DNA from: Nannocystales bacterium
Lineage (GTDB): Bacteria; Myxococcota_A; Polyangia; Nannocystales; Nannocystaceae
Reading direction: 5' to 3'
Length of the DNA: 64,000 nucleotides
NCBI GenBank assembly: GCA_050633305.1
Contig: JBOEGF010000027.1
Span: forward strand, 63,403 to 127,402
The first letter of the stretch is position 1. Every line of letters begins with the position of its first letter. Position numbers and translations under genes: made by a program. Shown here piece after piece: positions 1-10,118 of this stretch. The notes below the pieces were generated by a model. The model did not search any database. It was given only the letters and a program-made list of their open reading frames with translations, and was not told the DNA's origin.

Positions 1-776
1 ACGTTGAAGCTCGGGGAATGGGAGACCGCCCGCTCGATCGAGATGGGCCGAGCCATCACATCCAGCTCGCGAACCGTCGAGGGCGCATCGACGCCGAAGT
101 CGTTCTCTTGGCCGATCGGGTCCTCGGCAAGTGCGTCACTGAGCAGCCCGATGGAGCCGAAGTCCTGGACCTTGGACAGCTCGAGAAACGAGAACACGTA
201 GGTCGCCCCCGCCCCGATCGAGACCCGGTCGTGCACCTTGACCGAGGCCGAGAACGTGGTGTGCAACGACACCAAGAAGATCGACTGAAGAGCAAAGCGC
301 TGGGGACCATTGTCGGGAAAGTCCAGCGTCGCGGCGTAGGGGATGTACACGCCGCCCCCGAGCACCAGCCGGTCCGGGATCACGGGGGCTGCGACGAAGA
401 GGTCCACCAGCGGCCCGACGGGCGTCGTGGTGACCGCGCGGGTGGGTCCGGTGCGCGTGGCGTCCAGGTCGGCCGCGGGGATCGGCTCGGCAAAGTCGAA
501 GTTGTCCGAGTACTGGTACTGCCCCAGTCGCTCCCGCTCGTAGCCGACCCGGCCGAAGATCACGGCCGCGCCAAAGTCGAACGAACCGCGGTCCAAGAAC
601 CCCAGCTGGCCCGGGTTCCAATGCACAGCCGCCGCGTCCGCGGTGACGGGACTGCTGCCCCCACTGCCCACCTGAGGGGAGTCCAGGCCCGACCCGAGCG
701 CCGGCGAGGCCCAGCCCAGAGCGAGCACTCCGGCGGCGAGCGTGAGGGGATACCAGCGGTTCAAGGCGCCGAACAT
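1..776 (-). CDS. Outer-membrane long-chain fatty acid transport protein (OmpP1/FadL/TodX family), partial, runs off the left edge
   Basis: Not in the ORF track because it has no stop in the window. Manual translation from ATG 776: MFGALNRWYPLTLAAGVLALGWASPALG-SGLDSPQVG...ADAAAVHWNPGQLGFL...LVLGGGVYIPY...VSIGAGATYVF. Signal peptide plus a FadL-type 'DAxAxxWNPxxL' motif. Confidence 0.75.
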   Translation of the reverse strand, partial: MFGALNRWYPLTLAAGVLALGWASPALGSGLDSPQVGSGGSSPVTADAAAVHWNPGQLGFLDRGSFDFGAAVIFGRVGYERERLGQYQYSDNFDFAEPIPAADLDATRTGPTRAVTTTPVGPLVDLFVAAPVIPDRLVLGGGVYIPYAATLDFPDNGPQRFALQSIFLVSLHTTFSASVKVHDRVSIGAGATYVFSFLELSKVQDFGSIGLLSDALAEDPIGQENDFGVDAPSTVRELDVMARPISIERAVSHSPSFN

Positions 777-813
777 ACCGCCGACACCCCAGTGCGCGCT
801 ATCCTCCCGCGCA

Positions 814-2496
814 GTGTCGTTGCTCCGCACCTTGGTGAGCTCGTCGCGAGCCCTGATCACGGGCGCCCGCGAGGTGGCGCGTTTTCAGGAGATCGCCCGC
901 GTTTTCATCCGCCACGGCTTCGGCTGGGCCTACCGGCAGCTCAAGGTTCGCCGCGAACTGGAGGTGGAGTTCGAGGGAAGCGAGCTCACCAAGGCGACGT
1001 TGGCCTCCCCCGACACGGGGAAGCGGTTGGTCGCCGCTTTCAACGAGCTGGGCCCGACCTTCGTCAAACTGGGCCAGATCCTCAGCACCCGCACCGATCT
1101 CCTCCCCGAGAGCATCACCTCCGAGCTGGCCACGCTGCAGGACAGCGTCACGCGCGTCGACTTCGCCGATATCGAGTCTCAGCTCGTCAAGGAGCTCGGC
1201 GCCCAGTGGCGCGACAAGTTCGAAGAGTTCGACGAAGAGCCGCTCGCCTCCGCCTCGATCGCGCAGGTGCACCGCGCCACGCTCGAGGGAGGACGCAAGG
1301 TCGTGCTCAAGGTCCAGCGGCCCGGCGTGAAGCCCAAGATCACCGGAGACCTGGGTGTCCTTCATGCGCTCGCAGGTTGGCTCGAGGAGGCCATCCCCGA
1401 AGCGGCGGCGATGGACCTGCGCGGCACGATCACCAGCTTCACCAAGTCGATCCTCCAAGAGCTCGACTTCCGGATCGAGGCCCGAAACCTCGATCGTTTT
1501 CGCACCACCCACGAGGACAACACGCAAGTCGTGTTCCCCGCCGTGTACGACGAGCTCAGCACCGAGGAGGTCCTGTGCATGGAGTTCCTCGAAGGGCGGA
1601 ACTTCGCCCACGCGATCGAGGAGGGGGAGGACGTCAGTGCCGTGGCCGAGACGTACTTCAAGGTTGCCTACAAGATGCTGTTCATCGACGGCTTCTTTCA
1701 TGGCGACCTTCACCCCGGCAACGTCCTGGTCATGGACGACCACCGTCTCGGTGTCCTCGACTGCGGCATGGTCGGGCGGCTGTCCCCGGCGATGAAGGAC
1801 AAGGTCATCGACATCCTGCACGCGGTCCTCAACGAGGACCTCGAGGGCGTTGCGCGGACCTTCTACGACCTCTCAATTCGCAGCGACCTGGTCGACTACC
1901 CTCGTTTCGAGGCCGACGTCATCGACCTTGGAGAGCGCTACCTGTCGGGTCTTCCGATGTCCGAGGTCCAGATCGGCATGCTGTTCTCCGAGATCGTCGC
2001 CGGCGCTTCTCGACACAACGTCCGCATGCCGACGGACTTCACGATGATGTTCAAGGCCATCATCACCACCGAGGGCATGGCCAAGATGATCGCCCCGCAG
2101 ACCGACCCGATCGAGCTGGCGCGGCCGTACATCATGCAGATGGTCGCCGACCGATACAGCCCGGATCGCATCAAACAGATGGCGGTCCGCGACTTCTCGA
2201 TGTTCTCGCGTCTGGCTCGGTCGATGCCGCACTCAATCCCCGGCGTGATCGAGGACCTTCGGGCTGGCAAGCTGACGTTTCGGACCAACGCCGAGACGCT
2301 CGACCGGCAGGAGCGCTCGGCCAATGCCCGAACCGCGCGCTCGATTCGCACCGCGCTCACCGTCACGTGCTTGGTCTGCGGCACGTACACGATGGGCTTG
2401 GGCCTCCCGGTCTGGGGCCTGGTGGGCATCCCTGTGATCACGGCGGTGTTCTTTGTCTTCGCCGGGGTTGGGCTGTTCACGGTGATCTGGCGATGA
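814..2496 (+). CDS. ABC1/UbiB (AarF) family atypical kinase with C-terminal TM helices
   Basis: Motifs ELGPTFVKLGQILSTR, PLASASIAQVH, VLKVQRPG, ELDF and FFHGDLHPGN. GTG 814 chosen as start to avoid overlapping the divergent gene. Confidence 0.9.
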   Translation: MSLLRTLVSSSRALITGAREVARFQEIARVFIRHGFGWAYRQLKVRRELEVEFEGSELTKATLASPDTGKRLVAAFNELGPTFVKLGQILSTRTDLLPESITSELATLQDSVTRVDFADIESQLVKELGAQWRDKFEEFDEEPLASASIAQVHRATLEGGRKVVLKVQRPGVKPKITGDLGVLHALAGWLEEAIPEAAAMDLRGTITSFTKSILQELDFRIEARNLDRFRTTHEDNTQVVFPAVYDELSTEEVLCMEFLEGRNFAHAIEEGEDVSAVAETYFKVAYKMLFIDGFFHGDLHPGNVLVMDDHRLGVLDCGMVGRLSPAMKDKVIDILHAVLNEDLEGVARTFYDLSIRSDLVDYPRFEADVIDLGERYLSGLPMSEVQIGMLFSEIVAGASRHNVRMPTDFTMMFKAIITTEGMAKMIAPQTDPIELARPYIMQMVADRYSPDRIKQMAVRDFSMFSRLARSMPHSIPGVIEDLRAGKLTFRTNAETLDRQERSANARTARSIRTALTVTCLVCGTYTMGLGLPVWGLVGIPVITAVFFVFAGVGLFTVIWR

Positions 2497-4565
2497 AACG
2501 CCGCTCGACGTGGTTGCTGTGCGCCACGCTGCTTGGGGCCGGCTGCGTACGGGTCGAGGGCTCGATTGCCGCCCCCGCTCCCCCGACCCCGCCAAGCGTC
2601 CAAGCGCCCTGGCACGTGGGCGCGTCAAGCATCGACATCACCCCGCCGATTGGCTACGGCATGGCCGCGCACGCCATCGAGGCGAGGATGAGCTTGGGCG
2701 TGTGGACCCGACTGCGGGCACAAGCCATCGCCATCGAGGACCGTGACGGGGTGCCGGTCGTCCTCATCGCCGCCGACTTGTGGGCCATCCCCTCGGGCCT
2801 CCCCGACGCGATCACACAACGACTCCAGACAGAACACGGCATGGCAACACTGGGCCGGGCGCAAGTTGTCGTAGCCGCGACGCACACACACCACGGTCCT
2901 GGGCATTTCCACACCGCCCCGGGCTACGCCGACCACGCGGGTCCCGAGTCGGGCTTCGATCCCCAGCTGTTTGAGTGGCTGACCATGCGTTTGGCTTCGG
3001 CGGCCGCGACCGCCTATACCAACCGGCGCCCCGCGACGCTCGGGCACCACGCCGTGGCTGTGCCTTCCCTGGCCCGCAACCGCAGCCTAGCCCCCATGCT
3101 CGAAAACCCCGAAGCACGGGGGCTCATCCAGGCGAACAGCGGTCTTCCCGGGTGTGAGCACCCCGCAAACGCGACCGCAGTCGACACCGACTCAGACGTC
3201 GACCCCTGCCACGCCGTTGACCCTAAGCTCGACACGCTCGTCGCCCGAGATGCCGAGTCGAAGGCGGTCATCGCAGTCGCCGCCGTGTTCGGTGTGCACG
3301 CCACTGCGATGCCCAACCGCACTCCCGTCTACCACGGGGACCTTTTTGGCCTCGCGAGCCGACGCGCGCAGGATGAATTGGCCGCGCTTGGACATGAAGG
3401 TGTTGTGGTCGCGGTCTTCAACGGACCCGAAGGCGACGTGTCTCCCAACTGGCAAGCCCAGGGGCGCGGTGCCACCGTCGCGCTGGGCCGAGGCTTGGGG
3501 GACGCCGTCGTCGCCTCCATCGATACTGAAGGTCTATCCCTGCGAGGCACCGTGGGCTACGGGCTCGCACGGGCCCCACTCTCCGCAACGCGCGTCGTCC
3601 CGACCACCGTTGCGCCCGGCGAGACCGCCCGTCGCGCGATGCCTGGTCGATCGCAGTTTGGCGGTGCCGAGGACGGACGTACCCGGTTCCACTCCCGAGG
3701 GTTCGACGAAGGCCGCACCGCTCGCCGCCCCCGCCGAAAAGGGCAGGGAGCCAAGCGCCCTGCCCTCCCGCCCGCACTCCTGTCGATGGTGCACCCCAAG
3801 CGCCACCTGCCCTCGGTCGTCCCCGTGGGTCTCGTGCAGTTGGGACCGCTCTCGTTGGTCACGTTGCCTGGCGAGGTCACCACGATCTTGGGACAGCGCA
3901 TCGAGCAGCGTGTCGACAGCCCCCGCACCACGCTCGGCCCCACGATCAGCGTCGGGTTGGCGGGGGAGTATGTGTCGTACTTCACCACGCCCGAGGAGTT
4001 CGACTTGCAGCACTATGAGGGCGCGTCGATGATGTACGGCCGACTCTCGGGTGAGGTCCTCGCGGAGACGGCCGAAGCCCTCGCCGCCAAGCCATGGGTC
4101 GATGGCGTGGGCACATACGACTACCGGGGCCGGGGTCGAACCTCCCTCCCCGCGCTCCGCAAGAAGCTTCGCCGCCCAGCAAAGACCGCCGCCAAGGTCG
4201 TCGCCGACACGCTCGAAGTCCGAGCGGCAGTGACCGTGAGCTTTGACGACAAGGGCCCGCGCTGGCCCGAGGCCGCCGGAGGCTCGACGACGCCTCGTGT
4301 GCACGTCCAAGTTCAGGGCGATGAAGGTTGGCAGTGGCTCGACGACGACGACGGCGACGCACTGGTTCTGTACGTCACCAAAGTCGCACGTGACCGGTGG
4401 ACCTACGCGGCGACGTGGCTCGAACCCTTCGCCCCCATTGCGGCCTCCGGGCGCCCTTTGCGGCTGAAGATCGATCGCTTGGACGGCACCTCCGTCTGCT
4501 CGGCACCGTTCGAGAGCGGCGGCGAAGACCGCAGCGCCCGCATGGTCGAGCAGGCCCCCTGCTAA
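2493..4565 (+). CDS. Neutral/alkaline ceramidase family lipoprotein
   Basis: C-terminal part of ORF 18..4565. ATG 2493 overlaps the ABC1 stop (ATGA). Lipobox LLGAGC and motifs DITPP, ATHTHHGP, NRS, VHATAM, EGDVSPN, LPGEVTT, YFTTPEEFDLQHYEG. Confidence 0.85.
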   Translation: MKRRSTWLLCATLLGAGCVRVEGSIAAPAPPTPPSVQAPWHVGASSIDITPPIGYGMAAHAIEARMSLGVWTRLRAQAIAIEDRDGVPVVLIAADLWAIPSGLPDAITQRLQTEHGMATLGRAQVVVAATHTHHGPGHFHTAPGYADHAGPESGFDPQLFEWLTMRLASAAATAYTNRRPATLGHHAVAVPSLARNRSLAPMLENPEARGLIQANSGLPGCEHPANATAVDTDSDVDPCHAVDPKLDTLVARDAESKAVIAVAAVFGVHATAMPNRTPVYHGDLFGLASRRAQDELAALGHEGVVVAVFNGPEGDVSPNWQAQGRGATVALGRGLGDAVVASIDTEGLSLRGTVGYGLARAPLSATRVVPTTVAPGETARRAMPGRSQFGGAEDGRTRFHSRGFDEGRTARRPRRKGQGAKRPALPPALLSMVHPKRHLPSVVPVGLVQLGPLSLVTLPGEVTTILGQRIEQRVDSPRTTLGPTISVGLAGEYVSYFTTPEEFDLQHYEGASMMYGRLSGEVLAETAEALAAKPWVDGVGTYDYRGRGRTSLPALRKKLRRPAKTAAKVVADTLEVRAAVTVSFDDKGPRWPEAAGGSTTPRVHVQVQGDEGWQWLDDDDGDALVLYVTKVARDRWTYAATWLEPFAPIAASGRPLRLKIDRLDGTSVCSAPFESGGEDRSARMVEQAPC

Positions 4566-4712
4566 GACGGGCGGGGTCACACGGGTCGTTTGTGCGCTGC
4601 CTCAAAACCCCGCTAGGGACCGCCCTATTGAGAATGCGACCCGTTTTGGCGCACACACGTGCCACGGTGCGGGCGTGAAGCGAGGCGCCAAACCTCGTGG
4701 TAGAAGGCGCCC

Positions 4713-5222
4713 ATGGCCAACACGCAAGCGCTGCTGCAGACCTCGAAGGGCGACGTCAAGATCGAGCTTTTCACGGACGAGTTGCCGATCACCGCCGGCA
4801 ACTTCATCAAGCTCGCCAAGTCCGGCTTCTACGATGGTCTGCACTTCCACCGCGTCATCGAGGGCTTCATGTGCCAGTTCGGATGCCCCAACAGCCGCGA
4901 CCCCAACAGTGGCAGCGCAGGCACCGGCAAAGGTCCTGACGGCAACATTCAGGACGAGCACACCTCCAAGCACTCCAACGAGCCCGGCACCTTGTCGATG
5001 GCGAACACCGGCGCACCCAACAGCGGAAGCTGCCAGTTCTTCATCAACACCAAGCACAACGAGTTCCTCGACTGGTTCAGCCCCGGTCAGTCCAAGCACC
5101 CGGTGTTCGCCAAGGTCACCGAGGGTATGGATGTGATCACCGCCATCGAGACCACCCCGACCGACGGCCGCGATCGTCCGGTCGAGCCCGTGCAGATGGT
5201 GAAGGTCACCATCCTCGACTAA
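4713..5222 (+). CDS. Cyclophilin-type peptidyl-prolyl cis-trans isomerase
   Basis: Motifs [33 protein letters not shown]. Confidence 0.95.
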   Translation: MANTQALLQTSKGDVKIELFTDELPITAGNFIKLAKSGFYDGLHFHRVIEGFMCQFGCPNSRDPNSGSAGTGKGPDGNIQDEHTSKHSNEPGTLSMANTGAPNSGSCQFFINTKHNEFLDWFSPGQSKHPVFAKVTEGMDVITAIETTPTDGRDRPVEPVQMVKVTILD

Positions 5223-5243
5223 CGTCGAATCTCTCGGTTCCAG

Positions 5244-5276
5244 AGCCCTCGCCCGACCCGTTCGGCGAGGGCTTTG
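5244..5276 (+). terminator. Probable intrinsic terminator after the cyclophilin
   Basis: 10-bp stem AGCCCTCGCC / GGCGAGGGCT followed by a short T tail. Confidence 0.6.
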
Positions 5277-5539
5277 TCGTGTCTGGGCTCCGCGGCGTCC
5301 TCGCGGACAGCCCGGCTGCGCCTCGTGTAATTTCGTGGAGCTCCGGGCGTGCTCGGAACGTTTCAGTGCAGCTCAACCTCGCCGTCGTCCCCGCCGCGGC
5401 CGGCTGCCTGACTCGTCTTCGGGCCTCACCGGGTCGCGGGCGAGCCCGGAAGCGTGACCATCACCGTCTCACAGCCACAGTCGCCGGGCATCCGAGCGCT
5501 GTTTCAGCGCTCGTACGACGCTGTCATACTCTGGGCGCA

Positions 5540-5932
5540 ATGGACCCGACGCCCCACGATCTGCTCGGTGGTCGCGACGCCATACTGGCGCTCGCGAACC
5601 GCTTCTACGATGCGATGGAGAGGAGCGAACCGGAGCTCACCGCCGTGCACGACTGCAAGGCGCCAGGGAAAGTCACCGATGCGACCCGGGACCGGTTTGG
5701 GTTGTTTCTCGTGGGCTGGCTGGGTGGAGAGCAGGAGTACATGGAGCGGTTCGGACATCCTCGCTTGCGGATGCGCCACCGCTCGGTACCGATCAACCTC
5801 GCGATGCGGGATGCGTGGCTGCGCGCCATGGCGACCGCGCTGGACGAAGGCGGCGTCAATGGAGACGTCCGGGCATTCCTCGACGAACGGTTCGCGCACG
5901 TCGCCAATTTTCTGCGCAACGTGCCGGACTGA
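5540..5932 (+). CDS. Group II truncated hemoglobin (trHbO-like)
   Basis: Motifs LLGG..LANRFYDAM, FLVGWLGG..Y..RFGHPRLRMRH, RDAWL. ATG 5540 lies inside ORF 5279..5932. Confidence 0.9.
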   Translation: MDPTPHDLLGGRDAILALANRFYDAMERSEPELTAVHDCKAPGKVTDATRDRFGLFLVGWLGGEQEYMERFGHPRLRMRHRSVPINLAMRDAWLRAMATALDEGGVNGDVRAFLDERFAHVANFLRNVPD

Positions 5933-6013
5933 CCGAGTCGCCCGCCCGGTCGGTCAGCCGTCTCGTCGCCCCACCCCCTGGCACGCCCTTCGACTATGCT
6001 CCACTCCGTGGCG

Positions 6014-6945
6014 ATGAGAATCCTCGAGCGATCGATGTGGAGTGGACTACTTCTGCTTCCATTCGTCGCCTGCGGCCCCAACGTCCGCACCGGGGACGAG
6101 CCCGGTGTCGACCGACCGACCACAAGTCAGGGGTCCTCCTCAACGGGTCTCACGACCCCCACGAGCTCGGCCTCCGTCACCACACTGATGCCGAGCGCGA
6201 CTGCAGCCGACTCGACGCGGACCGGGCCGTCCGATGACACGACCCTCGGCGAGAGCAGCGGGTTTCCCCACTCCCCGGATTGGGGGTCCCTAAACAACGA
6301 CTGTGCGCTTGGCGGAGACAAGTGTCCCAAGGGCGAGAAGTGCATGCCATGGGCCAGCGACGGTGGCGACCTCTGGGATGCCAGACGATGTACACCCATC
6401 GCGGCCGACCCTGCCCCCGTGGGCGCCGCGTGCTCCGTCCAGGGATGGCCCGCATCGGGGATCGATACCTGTGACGAAGGAGCGATCTGCTGGAGCGTCA
6501 ACCCCCTGACGAACATCGGGACCTGCACATCACTGTGCGTCTACGCCCCCGGAGACGACATCTGCGTCGACCCGGACGAGGTCTGCACCAGCGGGGCGTC
6601 CCTCGAGGTCTGTGTCGACCGCTGCGATCCCCTCGCCAACGACTGCGCCGCCGGAGAGTCATGTTACGTGCTCGAGCCGTGGCACTACCCCGAGCGAGTC
6701 ACCGTGTGCTTTCGATCGGACACTCCGATCGCGGTGAACTCTGACGTTTTTGTCGCAACTTGTGATGCGGGCTGGACCGGGGTTCCGACGTTCCTCACCC
6801 CGGGTGCCCCGCCAACGAGCTGTGCTGCGCACCGTGGTGCGACACCTCGGCTCCTGACTGCCCAGAGGGTCGGAGCTGCGTCGCGTGGGAGTCACCCGAC
6901 CCGAAGCTCGAGGGTGACAACGTCGGGGTCTGCGTTCCGCCGTAG
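6014..6945 (+). pseudogene. Cys-rich myxobacterial lipoprotein with an apparent 1-nt frameshift near 6798-6801 (pseudogene or sequencing error)
   Basis: Lipobox FVAC, Ser/Thr linker, then a Cys-rich domain (CPKGEKCMPWASDGG...CDEGAICW). The Cys pattern continues only in the shifted frame after a CCCC run: GCPANELCCAPWCDTSAPDCPEGRSCVAW...VGVCVPP, stop at 6945. Confidence 0.7.
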
Positions 6946-7041
6946 TCGACCGCCCGAGGAGGGCAACCTGCGCATGGGCAGTGTTGGCAGAGATGCACGT
7001 CCCTGCGAAGTGCAATGGGCAAGTGCGAACGCTGAACCCGC

Positions 7042-8304
7042 TCAGTCCACACGCTCGGCCAGAGCCAGCACCGCCGCGAGGCCTTCGTCGCACGTCGGTA
7101 CAATCTGCTCGGGCGGAAGCACGAAGCCGCTACCGCCGGTCGGCCGCAACTCGATGGTGAAGCCGTCCGCACCTCCCTCGCCGTACGACCAGTCCAGCGC
7201 GGTCCCACCAGCGGCATAGAGTTCGGCCGCCGACATCAGCTTGTAGTGTTCGCCATGGGTCGCCGCGATCGCGCTGGCCATTGCATCCCCCAGCGCCGCG
7301 AGCCGGTCCCGCTCCGGGGCAGGCTTCTTGGTGTAGCCCCACGGATACAGAATCATCTGCCCAAAGCTGTGGAAGTCGACGTGGGCGACGACTGGCTCCC
7401 GCGTGATGAGATCACGCAGCGCGCGAGTCTCCGGCTCTGAGAAGGCGTACGGGCCGCGGTAGATCTGGGAACGCCGGTTGGAGCTGGAACCCCGCGCACC
7501 GAACCCCACCGACCAGTTGCGGTTCAAATCAACACCGTAGGGCTCGGCTCGGTTCTTTCGCCAATAGCGGTCCGACTCCCAGGAATGCACGTAGCCGTCG
7601 GGATTGATGACCGGCGCGACCCAGACGACGCGTTCATCGAGTAGGGCCTGGATCCGAGGGTCGGTGTCGTAACCGGACACCATGCGATCGGCCACGCACG
7701 TGGAAACCATCACCGAGATCCACTCGCGAGCATGCTGTCCACCGTTGAGGACGATCGCTTTGGCATCGTCTCTGGCGGCGGACAACCGCAACGCGCGGAT
7801 GGGGCGCCCATGCGTGGATGCCCCGAGTCGCTCGACGCGCGCAAGGTCGGGGCGGCGGGCAGCCAAGACATCGAGATACGCATCGACGGTTTCGTAGTCG
7901 CGATACTCCGCGAACCAGTTGCCTGGCCGAGCGATCTCGGCCGCCTCGATTCGGGCCATCTCCGCCGCTGCAACCGCATCGATGTCGGGCACGAGCACCT
8001 CGAAGGCGATACCCCGCTCGCGCAACGCATCGATGCCCTCGGGGCCCATCACCACATCGACGGACGTCCCCGTGTCGCTATCGCTCCACAGGTCCACCAT
8101 GGAGGCACGTACGGCCCGACGCTGCGCCTCCGTCTCAATCTCCACCCGAACAGCGGCGCGGACCTCGGGGGTCTCGGTCTCGGTCTCGGTCTCGGGCGTG
8201 CCAGGCGAAAACAACGCCCCCGCCAACACGACCGAAGACACCAGGCCTGCCAGGCCCGCCAACGTGCCCGACATCTCTGCGTAGCGTGACCAAGCTCCCA
8301 GCAT
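7042..8304 (-). CDS. Secreted M14 zinc carboxypeptidase (carboxypeptidase T-like) with propeptide
   Basis: Motifs GGQHAREWI, NPDGY, WRKNR, GVDLNRNW, FSEPET, DFHSFG, FTIEL. Hydrophobic N-terminus. Start approximate. Confidence 0.9.
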   Translation of the reverse strand: MLGAWSRYAEMSGTLAGLAGLVSSVVLAGALFSPGTPETETETETPEVRAAVRVEIETEAQRRAVRASMVDLWSDSDTGTSVDVVMGPEGIDALRERGIAFEVLVPDIDAVAAAEMARIEAAEIARPGNWFAEYRDYETVDAYLDVLAARRPDLARVERLGASTHGRPIRALRLSAARDDAKAIVLNGGQHAREWISVMVSTCVADRMVSGYDTDPRIQALLDERVVWVAPVINPDGYVHSWESDRYWRKNRAEPYGVDLNRNWSVGFGARGSSSNRRSQIYRGPYAFSEPETRALRDLITREPVVAHVDFHSFGQMILYPWGYTKKPAPERDRLAALGDAMASAIAATHGEHYKLMSAAELYAAGGTALDWSYGEGGADGFTIELRPTGGSGFVLPPEQIVPTCDEGLAAVLALAERVD

Positions 8305-8349
8305 GGCCCAAGCGTAGCAGGCGCTCCCCGGCGCGTGACCCAGCGCGCC

Positions 8350-8398
8350 TTGCATATACCCCAGGGGGGTTTATGCTCTACATACCCCCTGAGGGTAT
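8350..8398 (+). promoter_or_regulatory. csoR promoter (TTGCAT-N16-TATGCT) overlapped by two CsoR-type operators
   Basis: Inverted repeats GCATATACCCC-AGG-GGGGTTTATGC (8352-8376) and ATACCC-CCTGA-GGGTAT (8382-8398). Both have the TAC-C-tract/G-tract-GTA form typical of CsoR sites and lie directly upstream of csoR. Confidence 0.75.
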
Positions 8399-8404
8399 CT
8401 CATC

Positions 8405-8692
8405 ATGCTCGACCCCACGACCAAACGAAAGCTGACCGCCCGACTCAAGCGCGCGGAGGGGCAGATTGCCGCGCTGCGGCGCATGCTCGAAGAAGATGCG
8501 TACTGCGTCGATGTGCTCCTGCAGATCAGCGCCGCACAGGGAGCCTTGGGCAAAGCGGGCCAGGTCCTCCTCGGCGAGCACATCCGAACCTGCGTCGCGG
8601 ATGCCTTTGCGACCGGAGACGAAGTCGACCGTGACGAGAAGGTGGACGAGCTGATGGACGTGTTCTCGCGATATGGAGGTCTAGGACGATGA
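8405..8692 (+). CDS. csoR: Copper-sensing transcriptional repressor, CsoR family
   Basis: RLKRAEGQI, YCVDVLLQISA, EHIRTCV: the Cys-His-Cys Cu(I) fingerprint. Confidence 0.9.
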   Translation: MLDPTTKRKLTARLKRAEGQIAALRRMLEEDAYCVDVLLQISAAQGALGKAGQVLLGEHIRTCVADAFATGDEVDRDEKVDELMDVFSRYGGLGR

Positions 8693-9930
8693 GTCCGTTC
8701 CTCCAGTCCGCGTGGGCCATCACGCTCGAGTTGGCCCCGTGGCTGTTGTTGGGGGCCATCATCGCCGGCGTGCTGCACGTCGCGTTACCCCCGGGCTTCG
8801 TCAAACGCGCCTTTGTCGGGCGCCGCGGTGTCTTGACGGCAGTGGCGCTCGGCGTGCCGCTCCCGCTTTGCTCATGCGGTGTCATCCCAGCCGGCCTGGG
8901 ACTCAAGAAGGACGGCGCAAGCGATGGTGCCGCGGTCGGGTTCCTCATCAGCACCCCACAGACCGGCGTCGACTCCGTGCTCGTCTCCGCCAGTTTTCTA
9001 GGCTGGCCGTTCGCGCTGTTCAAACTCGCCGCGGCCGGCATCACGGGGCTTGTCGGCGGTTGGCTGACCGATGCGATCACGGACGCCGACCCAGCCCCGC
9101 ACACGCCTGTCGCTTCCGTTGCTGCCCCACCACCGCGAACGCTGGGCGCGGCGTGGACCCACTCCGTGGAAGTGCTTCGGTCCATCTGGAAATGGTTGTT
9201 GTTCGGTGTGCTGCTCTCGGCGTTCATCACCACTGTCATGCCGCCGTCCTGGCTCGCGAGCATCGGCGAGGAGAACCACCTCATCGCGCTCGGCATGGCG
9301 CTGCTGATCTCCATTCCACTGTATGTCTGCGCGACCGCGTCCGTCCCGATCGCCGCCGCGCTGGTCGCCGGAGGACTCCCCGCCGGTGCCGCACTGGTGT
9401 TTCTGATGGCCGGACCAGCCACCAACCTCGCGACGTTGGGCGCCGTGTACCGCACCTTGGGCCGCAAGGCGCTGACGGTCTACCTCAGCACCATCGTGCT
9501 CGGCTCTGTCGTCCTCGCGTATGCCTTCGACGCTCTGTTCCCGCTGTCGATCTCCGCGCCGCACCAGCATGTGCACGAGGCCTCACTGCTCGCGCAGGCC
9601 ACGGCCGCACTTCTGGTCGGCATGTTGGTCTGGTTCGCAACCGAAGATGTCCGGGCCTGGCTCAGCCGCCGCACCGCCGCGACGCCCAGCTCTGCCTCCC
9701 TCACAGTGGCCGTCGACGGGATGACCTGCCAAGGCTGCGTTCGGAAGCTGACCCGGGTCCTCGGCGAGGATGATCGCGTCGAGTCCGTGACGGTCGAGCT
9801 CGAGCCGGGCTCCGCGACGGTCGAGGGTCAGCTCGACACCGACGCATTGGCCGCGCTCGTCCGCGACGCAGGATTCGAGCCCCGAGAAGCGTCGCGGCCG
9901 CTCCAAGCGGTGCCGGGGGCTCCGCTCTAG
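8689..9930 (+). CDS. Predicted metal-efflux permease (ArsP/DUF318-like) with C-terminal HMA domain
   Basis: Motifs PLPLCSCGVIP, FLISTPQTGVDS, PLYVCATASVP, FLMAGPATN, multiple TM segments, C-terminal GMTCQGC. ATGA overlap with csoR. Confidence 0.85.
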   Translation: MSPFLQSAWAITLELAPWLLLGAIIAGVLHVALPPGFVKRAFVGRRGVLTAVALGVPLPLCSCGVIPAGLGLKKDGASDGAAVGFLISTPQTGVDSVLVSASFLGWPFALFKLAAAGITGLVGGWLTDAITDADPAPHTPVASVAAPPPRTLGAAWTHSVEVLRSIWKWLLFGVLLSAFITTVMPPSWLASIGEENHLIALGMALLISIPLYVCATASVPIAAALVAGGLPAGAALVFLMAGPATNLATLGAVYRTLGRKALTVYLSTIVLGSVVLAYAFDALFPLSISAPHQHVHEASLLAQATAALLVGMLVWFATEDVRAWLSRRTAATPSSASLTVAVDGMTCQGCVRKLTRVLGEDDRVESVTVELEPGSATVEGQLDTDALAALVRDAGFEPREASRPLQAVPGAPL

Positions 9931-10118
9931 CGGGCGCAGACGCTCACCGCCCACACGATGACCCCGCCGGCACGCGACGACGGTGGACTCCGACGGCGAA
10001 CTCCGGGGTCAACAACCCTGTCACAAGCGTGCGAGGCCCCAAAACGTGAGCCGGCGACTTCTGATGCGCCCAAACTGCCCGTGTCTGGGCTTGCGCACGC
10101 TCCTATACTGCCGGCCTC

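Noticed and set aside
18..2492. N-terminal ~825 aa of the 1515-aa ORF 18..4565
   Set aside because: Arg/Gly/Pro-rich off-frame read-through over the FadL and ABC1 genes. The real ceramidase starts at ATG 2493 with a lipoprotein signal.
5540..5932. Truncated hemoglobin as part of the H-NOX NO system
   Set aside because: It lies about 6-9 kb away, separated by unrelated genes including glnS, and I saw no -24/-12 site upstream.
8171..8194. (GTCTCG)x4 microsatellite
   Set aside because: In-frame hexamer encoding a Glu-Thr linker after the signal peptide. It cannot shift the frame.
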